Shown here piece by piece: positions 18,446 to 26,982 of a stretch of DNA of 64,000 bases. Source of the DNA: an uncultured Clostridia bacterium (lineage in GTDB: Bacteria; Bacillota; Clostridia; TANB77; CAG-508). The notes beneath the pieces are model-generated. The model did no database searches, was not told where the DNA came from, and saw only the letters and a program-made list of their open reading frames with translations. A program made the position numbers and the translations under genes. How positions within the stretch are numbered: position 1 is the first letter of the stretch; each line of letters starts with the position of its first letter. Where the stretch lies: positions 12,869 to 76,868 of the forward strand of contig CALXCD010000002.1 in the NCBI GenBank assembly GCA_944386715.1, given 5' to 3'.

Positions 18446-19276
18446 CTACTTTACAGTAGAGCTTTTTTTACCAACAACTGCAAACCTACCATCTTCTACA
18501 TGATAAGAACAAGTGGATAAAGTAATTAATTGTTCTGGATATGTTGCAGTTGTATCTATGGTATACAAAGATGCTTTTTTCGCATTTTCTACGAATTCAT
18601 TATACTCTTTTTCTGTTGGTGCATTTACAAAATAATAATATCGAAATACATTTTTTTCTGATTTATAATATACCCTGGATTTAAAAGCAGAAATAATTTC
18701 ATATTCTGCATCTTCCTTTTCTGTGGTAAAACGAATAACAGGATGTTCTTGATAAAATTTTTTATTTTCATATTTTAACAATTCTTGAAACATGGTGCCA
18801 TTTTTTAAATTGTGCCCATACATTAATAAGTTACTACTTGGCACTTTCCAATCATAATCTTTTGTTAAAAAAATAGAACCATTTTTAGATTTTTCCTTTT
18901 TATAATTATGTGTCATATAATATTCATTATCCGTACCTTGTAATACAGGATAATTGATACTGGTCCCTTCTATTTCAATCCATCCAATTATATCTGAATT
19001 TTCTTCTTGAAGTGTTTTTACCTGAAGCATTCTTTCTGTTTCTTCTTTTGTATCCTCATTTGCTTCCATTTTTATATCTTCTTTTATTTCTTCTTGTATA
19101 TTTTCTGGTTTTTCCTCTATCTTTATGGTATTTAATAAATTGTTCTCTTCTTCCGCTTCTTTTTTTAATGAAAAAAAGTCTATGATATATATAGCAGATA
19201 TGATAATAAGGAAACTAAAAAACAGAAAGATTAAATAATATAATACTTTGTTTTTTGCCTTTAAATTCTTTTTCAT
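18446..19276 (-). CDS. srtB: Class B sortase
   Basis: N-terminal TM segment; IGWIEIEGTSINYPVLQG ... MYGHNLKNGTMF ... LITLSTCSY (catalytic Cys). Confidence 0.85.
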   Translation of the reverse strand: MKKNLKAKNKVLYYLIFLFFSFLIIISAIYIIDFFSLKKEAEEENNLLNTIKIEEKPENIQEEIKEDIKMEANEDTKEETERMLQVKTLQEENSDIIGWIEIEGTSINYPVLQGTDNEYYMTHNYKKEKSKNGSIFLTKDYDWKVPSSNLLMYGHNLKNGTMFQELLKYENKKFYQEHPVIRFTTEKEDAEYEIISAFKSRVYYKSEKNVFRYYYFVNAPTEKEYNEFVENAKKASLYTIDTTATYPEQLITLSTCSYHVEDGRFAVVGKKSSTVK

Positions 19277-19388
19277 TTAACTCTCCTAAGATTATAATAA
19301 GAATCTGGCTCAGGCATTAGCAATCAAAGATTACAGCCTAAGTACCCCAGAATCTTGTTATCTAAGATAATAAGGATAGACATTTTGT

Positions 19389-20519
19389 CTATCCTCTTCT
19401 ATCCTTTTTTTTCATTAAAATAATAACTGTTGTTGAGAATAACATTACTAAAGTAGCAATTCCTAAATAGTTTTCTATACCAGTTTTTGGGGTTTCGTCT
19501 TTTTCACCTTTTCCTGTTTCTGGTTCAGGTACTACAGGTTCTGGTTCTGTTTTTGCTTCAGAAATTTTTGCATAAATTGTTGTATCAGCATCTAACGGAT
19601 TATTAAAATCAAATGCATTTGTAAATCCTGCATCTGTAAAGAATCCCTCTACTACCATATTTCCTTGTAATGTTACATGTGATTTTAATAAATCTTCTGT
19701 TATTGTTTTACCTGCATCTACTACAATTTTATTTGTTTGGTCATTTGCAATTAATGTTATCATTACTTTTTGCGAATCTGTATTAGGTGTTGCCTTTTCT
19801 GGTAAAGCAGTTTCAGAGATAACATTATCAGCAGCATCTGTTAAAACAACTTTATCTCCTGTAACGGCAACTTTATTGGTTGTATTAGGTGTATTGGTTA
19901 TTGTGAATTCTGTAAGATGTCCATTTTCAGCAGCTCTAACTACATTTTCATTAGTATCAGATGTTAATACACCATTCATGACTAAACTTGGGTTATTGGT
20001 AGCAGCAGCTCCTTTGTCTATTTCAATACCATTATTAGCCCCTGTACCATTATATCCTAAATGTAAATTTCTTACTTCTACATTACCACCATTTGCAAGA
20101 ACTGCTCCATATTTAAATCCTGTAATAGAAACATTATCTAGTATTACAGTTGCACCATCATAAGATTGTACACCATATTTAGGTCCATTTTGTAAGTTTA
20201 TATTTTTTAGTGTCAATTTAGCAGCAGAGAATTGTGCTGTAAACATAGTTTGATTTCCTGATGTTGATGTCCAACTACTAGAACCTGTTATGGTATATCC
20301 ATTACCATCAATGGTCATTTCTTTAGCAATTACAATAGGTTTTGTTACTGTTATATTGCTTTGTAAAGTGACAGTCGCTCCTACATCTGCACTTGAAATT
20401 GCATTATTTAAAGATTCTTCATCTGTTACAGGTGTTTGAGCATTACTGAAATTTGGGATTACTAAAAATATAGTAAGTATTAATAAGAAAAACATGATTA
20501 ATTTTATTGTGTTTTTCAT
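19389..20519 (-). CDS. Sortase-anchored surface protein with a right-handed beta-helix region
   Basis: Signal peptide; repeats such as LTLKNINLQNG / VILDNVSITG / VEVRNLHLG. C-terminal sorting signal TPKTG + hydrophobic segment + KKKDRRG. Confidence 0.8.
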   Translation of the reverse strand: MKNTIKLIMFFLLILTIFLVIPNFSNAQTPVTDEESLNNAISSADVGATVTLQSNITVTKPIVIAKEMTIDGNGYTITGSSSWTSTSGNQTMFTAQFSAAKLTLKNINLQNGPKYGVQSYDGATVILDNVSITGFKYGAVLANGGNVEVRNLHLGYNGTGANNGIEIDKGAAATNNPSLVMNGVLTSDTNENVVRAAENGHLTEFTITNTPNTTNKVAVTGDKVVLTDAADNVISETALPEKATPNTDSQKVMITLIANDQTNKIVVDAGKTITEDLLKSHVTLQGNMVVEGFFTDAGFTNAFDFNNPLDADTTIYAKISEAKTEPEPVVPEPETGKGEKDETPKTGIENYLGIATLVMLFSTTVIILMKKKDRRG

Positions 20520-20663
20520 TTTTTCACCTCCTTATTAATTCTATTTTCTCTCTTTTTCTTCATTTTTATTTATTTTTTCTTAAATTTTTTAAATTAAATT
20601 TTTCCAGTATAAATAGTATTTTTAAGTGATATTTCTTATCACTTAAAAAAAGATTAGTTTTAT

Positions 20664-21635
20664 CTAACCTTTTTCAAATATGATTAAAGTTACACTGTTC
20701 CAAAGCATCTTCCAATAGAAATTTTTTGAATCTTTATTCTCATTTTCTAATTCTTCTTGTTTAGATGATTGTTCCACTTCCTGAACACTATTGGTTGTAG
20801 ATAATAGTTCTGGGTGTTCTTGATAAATTTTATTTAATTGGTTTCGATTTGCTTCTTGTTCTTCTTGATATGTTTTTTCTTCTTCTGCATTTCTTTTATA
20901 AACATCAACTGTATATATTTTTTGAGTTTCTCCTCCTTTTGAGGTAACTGTAATAGATATGGTATTGTTCCCTTCTTTTAAATCTTTATTTCCTATGACA
21001 TTAACTGTATTCTTATCGTTTTGTGGTACTGCTAATATTTTTATATCTTCTGTTGCATTAGAAATTTCTGCCTTATAATTAGTTATATTAGCATCAAATG
21101 GTGGTGTTAATAATACATTTTCTATCGCTAGGTTTTCTAAATTTGCATTTATTTCCTCCGCTTCTGTTGTACTTGTACTAACATTGTTATCTTCTCCAAT
21201 GGAAATCGTAACATTTTGAAACTCTGTTTCTATTTCATTTCCATTTGCATCATAAAATTCTCCATTTAATACAAAATTACAAATACCTTCTCCTATGGCT
21301 TTCCATTTAAAATTTGCAATAATGCCGTCTATTTCATTTAGTCCGCCAGTTTCATCATACCAAACTTTTGTTACTTTATTTCCGCTAATAGAAGTATTTT
21401 CATCTTGCTTAATATATTCCACTTTCGTATCATCAAAATAGATTTCTAGGTTATATGCAGCACATTTACTACCTTGTATCAAAATATTGATTTGGGTTTC
21501 CTCTTCTAATTTTATATTGTTTTTTGTAGTGGTTGCTGTTACTTTCGCACTTGCTGCAATACTATTAGAAAAAGAAAGTACAATAAAACTTAAGGTTAAT
21601 ACTATAATTTTATATTTTTTCATTTTAAAATTCAT
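20664..21635 (-). CDS. Cohesin-like + cadherin-like beta-sandwich surface protein
   Basis: Signal peptide. The N-terminal module (QINILIQGSKCAAYNLEIYFDDTKVEY...) is cohesin-like. The middle segment NLAIENVLLTPPFDANITNYKAEI...YTVDVYK is a cadherin-like beta-sandwich. The start could be 21635 or 21623. Confidence 0.7.
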   Translation of the reverse strand: MNFKMKKYKIIVLTLSFIVLSFSNSIAASAKVTATTTKNNIKLEEETQINILIQGSKCAAYNLEIYFDDTKVEYIKQDENTSISGNKVTKVWYDETGGLNEIDGIIANFKWKAIGEGICNFVLNGEFYDANGNEIETEFQNVTISIGEDNNVSTSTTEAEEINANLENLAIENVLLTPPFDANITNYKAEISNATEDIKILAVPQNDKNTVNVIGNKDLKEGNNTISITVTSKGGETQKIYTVDVYKRNAEEEKTYQEEQEANRNQLNKIYQEHPELLSTTNSVQEVEQSSKQEELENENKDSKNFYWKMLWNSVTLIIFEKG

Positions 21636-21708
21636 TCCTTTCTTACTTTGCTCTAAACACATACATTGATTTTTGTTGGAATTCATAATTGTCTTATTAT
21701 GATATTAG

Positions 21709-21797
21709 AAAATCTGATATATAGCTATTTGAAAATCAAGACCCAGATTGTTACACCCCAGCTATGTTTTGATTAAAAATAGCTATATATCAGGTTT
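21709..21797. repeat. Conserved-core hairpin, copy E1
   Basis: Stem AAAATCTGATATATAGCTATTT.. / ..AAATAGCTATATATCAGGTTTT, with the core at 21737-21771. Confidence 0.9.
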
Positions 21798-21821
21798 TTA
21801 TTAATTGTTATTAATATTATT

Positions 21822-21980
21822 GTTGCAATTCACAGCCGTTTTATATAATATTAGAAAAGCCTGATATATAGATATTTGAAAATCAAGACCCGGATTGTTA
21901 CGCCCCAGCTATGTTTTGATTAAAAATAGCTATATATCAGGCTTTTCTGAATTATTAACTTATTTACTGTGAATTGTAAC
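21822..21980. repeat. Conserved-core hairpin with an outer GTTRCAATTCACAG inverted repeat, copy E2
   Basis: Outer IR GTTGCAATTCACAG (21822-21835) / CTGTGAATTGTAAC (21967-21980), inner hairpin 21853-21948, core 21884-21918. Confidence 0.9.
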
Positions 21981-22007
21981 ATATTATTCTTTGCAAACTA
22001 TTCTTTT

Positions 22008-24270
22008 TTATTGCTCTATTGTTTTTAGCCCCAAAATATGTCTTTGTATTAGTAATAAATCAACAGATGTTGGTTTCTTTCCATTTTTATTGATATTTCC
22101 GGCCTTTTGGTAAATAGGTTCTAGGAATTGAAGTTCTAGAATATGTCTTTGTAAAACTAATAAATCCACACTATTTATTCTTCCATCTCCATTGACATCT
22201 CCATATAAAATAAATTCATAACTTTTTAATAAATTTTCGTTTTCTTTTATTTGTAGTTTACAGTTGGTTCCTACTTTATCTTCATTTGACAAAGCTTCAT
22301 TTTTACTATTTACGATTTCTGTTTCTAAATTGGTTATGATATTTTTCTTTATTTCTGAAACCGTATTGTTGTTGTCAGGAATTCCTGTTATATAGATTTC
22401 TTGATGTTTTAGTGGTTCTTGAAAAATAATTTCATTTTCCCCTAAATTTCTTGTTACAATAACATGACATTCTGTTTGGATATTATTATTTTCTTCTGAA
22501 ATAACTTGTATTTTGCTATTTCCTTCTATGAGAGCTGTAATTATTCCATTTTCATTTATTGTAAGCACATCCTCATTTTCTACTTTATATAGGATATTAG
22601 GGTTATCCGCATCTTCTGGTTGTACTTTAGCATTTAAAGAATAAGTTTCTCCCACAGAAAGATAAATTTCGCTTTCTTCTAATTCTATTCCTGTTACTTT
22701 ACTTGTTACCTGAATAGATATTGTTCCCTTTACATCGCTACCTTCTGCTTTTGCTGTAATAACAGCTGTTCCTGCACGTAGTGCTGTGATATTCCCTAAA
22801 TTATCTACCATGACAATAGAAGAATCACTAGAAGACCATTGTATTTTATTATCCTTTGCTTCTACTGGAAGGATTTCTATCTCTATTTTCGCCTTTTCCC
22901 CTTTAGAAATTATTGGATTGTCTATTTTTAAATGGATTTGTTCAATTGGCATAATAGGAGCGGTTTCTGTTACATAGTTTTGAAAAATATATCCAATGAT
23001 TCCATTTTCTAATTTTACTTTGTCCCATTTTTCTCCATTTTGAATACCTTTTCCTATTCTTGTCATTTTATCCCATTGATTTACTTGTGTAATGACCTCA
23101 TAAGAGGTACTTGGACCTGTCCTGATATTCACTTTTGAGCCATTAGAATATACAGTTGTATTATCTGTTTGATAATCTGATTCTAAAATATTAGGATTGC
23201 TTGTTGCAATCTCAGGCATATTATTGTAAATAGGAATAATAAAGTGCATTGGGGAATCTATTAATCCATTATTTTTATATCCTTGATAAATCGATTTTGA
23301 TTCACTATATGGTGCTAAAACATTTGTCATGTATTGATGCCAAAATAGTTCTCCTCCTTTTGTATCTGTTACATGAAATTTTTGAAAATAAACTGTATTT
23401 TGTCCTACATTGATATAACTAGAACCAATAAAAATTCCTCCACCTGTAATAGCTTTTTCTTTATTATCCCATGGAATTAGGTATTTATTTTTTGTTTCTT
23501 GACTAGCACCTTTTCCATCTCTTGCATATTTTAATCCATTGATAATCGCTCCCATTGGCTCTGCTGAACTTGTAGCACCAATATTATAAAAATTATATAA
23601 TCCCTTAAATCCTTCTACTGTTCCGCTAATAGAACTGTGAGATAAGAATGGTCCTACTTCTTGTTTGATACGGGATGCTAAATGATAAGGGCTTACCTTG
23701 GAGGTAATTGCTGCTTTTAATATTAAATCAGCATAAGTTTCTTCCATATTGTAATTATTTCCGGTTGCTATCCAGATAGCTTACTTTTTGCCTATAAAAT
23801 TCTGTTCCATATAATATTTTTTCAATTCCTTCTATTTGACTCATATTACTATCATAAGACAATGTCTCAAATTGAAAAATTCTAACTTCATTTAAAAAGT
23901 TTCTTGGGTCCATACAATATTCTACTGCTTTTTTGGATGCATCTACCCATCCAGCATCTACTTCTACATTATATTCTCCTGGTTTTGTATTTTTCCAATT
24001 ATCGGAATAGTTTTTAGGTACTAAATTTTTTCCAAATATGTTTTCTTGTTCTATTACATAATTCCAATCCAAATTCGTATATAGGGCTGTAAAACTCCAA
24101 TTAGGATGTTTGTTTTTTAATTCTTGCAAATAAGGTTGATAGGTACTCGGAAAGATTTCAATATCCTTACTTTGCTTTTCAGAGGCATGTGTAAAAAACA
24201 TCATACTGAAAAACAAGATGACTAATACACTACATAGAATAAAATATTTGTATTTTTGTAAAAATTTCAT
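22008..24270 (-). CDS. Secreted N-acetylglucosaminidase (GH73-type) with SH3-like, two Big_2-like modules and a C-terminal type-I dockerin; split by an apparent frameshift
   Basis: ORF 23755-24270 carries the signal peptide and N-domain. ORF 22008-23747 carries the catalytic region (VSPYHLASRIKQE), the Ig-like repeats and the dockerin DVNGDGRINSVDLLVLQRHIL / NKNGKKPTSVDLLLIQRHIL. The ORFs are 7 nt apart in different frames. Confidence 0.8.
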
Positions 24271-24920
24271 TTTTGTTCATATCCTTCCTCAGGACTTGCT
24301 TTTACAATAATTCTTTCTTTGGAATCTTTTGTACAAGTGATTAATGTGGTTTCTATTTTTCCATTTGTTTTTTGTGATAAACATTTTGTCTGTTCTGGAA
24401 AAACTGTATAAATATCATTTACTTTATACTCAATTTTTCCATTTTCATTATCAGAAATAAATAGGGTGTCTCCTATTTTTAATTTATATAAGTTTTTAAA
24501 CATATTGTTGTTTTGAAAATTATGTCCGACTACACAAAAATTTCCTATTTCATTTGGTTCAGTTCCCCAGAATTTAACAACTGATACTTGCAAAGCTTGT
24601 TCTGAATAATTTTTTAAAATATAGGTTTCCAGTTGAATGGTTGGAATTTCTAATTTCGCAATGACATCATATCCTTTCCATTCTTTTGGTACTTCACTTT
24701 CTAAAGGATGTTTTGCATTTTGTAGTAGCATTTCTTTTGTGGATATTTTTGTATCTTCTATTGTAGTATTTGTCTTACTTACCTGTATATTTTCTTTTAG
24801 ACTTTCACTTCTATTTTGTATCTTTTTTTCTTCATAAATATTCCATATTATCATTATCAAAATTCCGAGTAGTATTGTTAACAAAGTAATACTTATTACT
24901 AAGCGAACTTTTTTTGTCAT
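24267..24920 (-). CDS. Sortase (class A/D-like)
   Basis: N-terminal TM segment; IPTIQLETYIL ... VVGHNFQNNNMF ... TLITCTKD (TLxTC catalytic motif). Confidence 0.85.
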   Translation of the reverse strand: MTKKVRLVISITLLTILLGILIMIIWNIYEEKKIQNRSESLKENIQVSKTNTTIEDTKISTKEMLLQNAKHPLESEVPKEWKGYDVIAKLEIPTIQLETYILKNYSEQALQVSVVKFWGTEPNEIGNFCVVGHNFQNNNMFKNLYKLKIGDTLFISDNENGKIEYKVNDIYTVFPEQTKCLSQKTNGKIETTLITCTKDSKERIIVKASPEEGYEQK

Positions 24921-24984
24921 TTGCTTTTCCTCCTCGTGCTTTCTAGTTACAACTTTCTTTTTATTATATATTAAAGTTAGATTA

Positions 24985-25075
24985 AAAAACCTGATATATA
25001 GCTATTTGAAAATCAAGACCCGGATTGTTAAGCACCAGCTATGTTTTGATTAAAAATAGCTATATATTAGGTTTT
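24985..25075. repeat. Conserved-core hairpin, copy E3
   Basis: Stem AAAAACCTGATATATAGCTATTT.. / ..AAATAGCTATATATTAGGTTTTT, with the core at 25014-25048. A degenerate outer motif CTTAGTGAATTAGTAAC lies at about 25092-25108. Confidence 0.9.
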
Positions 25076-25128
25076 TATAAATTGTTAGTATCTTAGTGAA
25101 TTAGTAACGTTTTCTAAAAATTATGTGT

Positions 25129-26220
25129 TTATTTTTGTTTGTTTTTTGCTTTTTGGTTAAAATACCATATAGATATGACTAATAGTATTATCATAAATGC
25201 TATTGGAAGATAAGTGTTAATACCTGTTTTTGGTAATTGAGCTGGCAATTGTTCTTCTTCTTCATTTTCTGGTGTCATTTCTACTTCTGGAGTAGTTGGT
25301 GTTTCTTCAGGTAGCGGAACTGTTGTTTCTTCATTTTCGCCCGGATTTGTGTTTTCTGGTGGTGTAGGTGTTGTTGCAGTTTCTAATACTGTAAATTGGA
25401 ATGTTTCTTCTGCAATAACGTTATCAGAGTTATCTCTATCAATTAATTTTAAAGTAATGCTATAATCTCCTGCTTCACTAAAGGTCGCATTTACATTTAA
25501 AACTTGAGAAACATCTTTTCCTCCAATTTTATACCCTTGCGCATCTCCCCATCCACTTTGTATAATATCATGGTCTAATTGTGCTTGATCTTTTCCTATT
25601 AATGTTACATTTCCTGTTCCTGGCGTTGTTGCTTCTGCAATAAGTCTTGCATGCTCATAGTATTTCCCCATTGGTGAAGAATAAGATAATGTCATTTCTT
25701 TTGCTTCCCCTTTAATGATTTCCCCTGTATGCTCTAATTTTAATGTATAATCAATATATTCTGGTTCCACTGTTACATTTTTGACAATAGGTATGGTAAT
25801 GTCATCATAACTAACAGAGGCATCTGCATTTGCTAAACCTTCTGCTGTTACACTGAATTCAGTTGGATTTGATGTCGTGATATCTGCTTTTGCTCTAAAT
25901 GTTACACTCATATTTGTTCTAGGACTGGTTCCTCCTGTTGAATCATAAAATGTTACTCTTACTTTTGTAGATGTATCATTGGCAGTTCCTCCTTCTGCTG
26001 AAACATATTCAAAGATGTTATTATCATAAGCAATATCAAATGTATAAGCACCTAAATCTTGTCCGAATTCTATCATTACTTTTACTTCTTCTCCTGGACG
26101 TACTGTTGTTTTATCTGTTTGTATATCAATTCCTCCTAATGGTGCTGCATAACTTTTGATGGAAAATACAGTGAATAATAAAATAAGTAATATGGATATT
26201 ATGCTAATTATTTTTTTCAT
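25129..26220 (-). CDS. Sortase-anchored cohesin-domain surface protein
   Basis: Start MKKIISIISILL with AAGGAGGAA upstream. Cohesin-like module: VRPGEEVKVMIEFGQDLGAYTFDIAYDNNIFEYVSAEGG...VTFYDSTGG...VTFRAK. C-terminal LPKTG + TM segment + KAKNKQK. Confidence 0.8.
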   Translation of the reverse strand: MKKIISIISILLILLFTVFSIKSYAAPLGGIDIQTDKTTVRPGEEVKVMIEFGQDLGAYTFDIAYDNNIFEYVSAEGGTANDTSTKVRVTFYDSTGGTSPRTNMSVTFRAKADITTSNPTEFSVTAEGLANADASVSYDDITIPIVKNVTVEPEYIDYTLKLEHTGEIIKGEAKEMTLSYSSPMGKYYEHARLIAEATTPGTGNVTLIGKDQAQLDHDIIQSGWGDAQGYKIGGKDVSQVLNVNATFSEAGDYSITLKLIDRDNSDNVIAEETFQFTVLETATTPTPPENTNPGENEETTVPLPEETPTTPEVEMTPENEEEEQLPAQLPKTGINTYLPIAFMIILLVISIWYFNQKAKNKQK

Positions 26221-26357
26221 AAAAAATTTCCTCCTTTTTTGTTTTTCATTTCTAGTATGAGAATTTTTTTTATTTTGTATGTTAGCAAATTTTTTCTTTT
26301 TTTCTATTTTTTGGAATAAAATTGGCATGATAAAAAACTTTTGTCATAAAAAGAAAA

Positions 26358-26379
26358 CCTCTCACTTTCAAGTGAGAGG
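26358..26379 (-). terminator. Rho-independent terminator
   Basis: On the minus strand, CCTCTCACT-TGAA-AGTGAGAGG is followed by TTTTCTTTTT, 23 nt after the upstream stop. Confidence 0.75.
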
Positions 26380-26401
26380 AAAAACTTTTTTACTCGAAAA
26401 A

Positions 26402-26956
26402 TTATTTAATTTTTAGTTCTGATGTTAATAGTTTTGGTGATTGATATTTTCTCAAAAGTCCATGATAGATTTCTTGTAATCCTTCTAATTTTTTAAAATC
26501 CTCTGGTCTTACAATCTCTGGCAAATTTGTTTTTATGCCCGCTTTTTCTAAGAGATATTTGACAAATTCGGCACAATAAAATGTGTATTTTTTCTGTATT
26601 TTTATATGAAATCCGACTGCAAATAATCCAATAATATTAAATTTATATTTCTTTTTTTCTCTTTCTATTTGTTTAATAGTATTTTCTATTTTTTCATATT
26701 GTTCGTCTGTTACTTCAAGTGCATATATTTTTGCAGTTGTTTTATAAAATCTTTTGAAAGTTCCCTTATGAATATATTCTTGTACAAATCCAGCCCAGAG
26801 TGGTGTATATGGGTTTAGCCTTCCAAAACTATACATATGTTTTAATTCTATATCTAATGCGATAGATACATGTGAAAATTCATCTTTTGTATAGCTTTTT
26901 ATTATTTTAGATATCATGGTTCCTGTATATGTTAAAACAATATAAATTTTCTTCAC
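26402..26956 (-). CDS. YiiX/YebB-like permuted papain-fold (NlpC/P60 superfamily, C92) hydrolase
   Basis: SKIIKSYTKDEFSHVSIAL ... YKFNIIGLF ... FYCAEFVKYLLEKAGI. Family assignment is from recalled motif order. Confidence 0.65.
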   Translation of the reverse strand: MKKIYIVLTYTGTMISKIIKSYTKDEFSHVSIALDIELKHMYSFGRLNPYTPLWAGFVQEYIHKGTFKRFYKTTAKIYALEVTDEQYEKIENTIKQIEREKKKYKFNIIGLFAVGFHIKIQKKYTFYCAEFVKYLLEKAGIKTNLPEIVRPEDFKKLEGLQEIYHGLLRKYQSPKLLTSELKIK

Positions 26957-26982
26957 TTCACCTTTTCCCCTTTTATCTTTTT

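Noticed and set aside
19277-19388. c-di-GMP riboswitch controlling a sortase or sortase substrate, as in Clostridioides difficile
   Set aside because: None of the GEMM-I or GEMM-II conserved cores, as I recall them, is present. The region is kept only as an unclassified structured leader.
20621-20647. Hairpin TTTAAGTGATA-TTTC-TTATCACTTAAA as a terminator of the cohesin/cadherin gene
   Set aside because: On both strands it is preceded by T residues and followed by A residues, so it has no U-tract after the stem. It is not a convincing intrinsic terminator.
21709-21980. Integron attC sites, self-cleaving ribozymes (hammerhead/twister) or a classical inverton as explanations for the core hairpins
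   Set aside because: There is no intI gene and no cassette array, and the surrounding genes are ordinary. The GTTRCAA ends do not fit GTTRRRY. CUGAUAU in one stem family is not the hammerhead CUGAUGA and is absent from the other stem families. The AAGACCCGGAU resemblance to the twister loop lacks the partner CCGG and GGGAG elements. The about 29-nt loop is very short for recombinase-mediated inversion, so the orientation flip is reported but not called an inverton.
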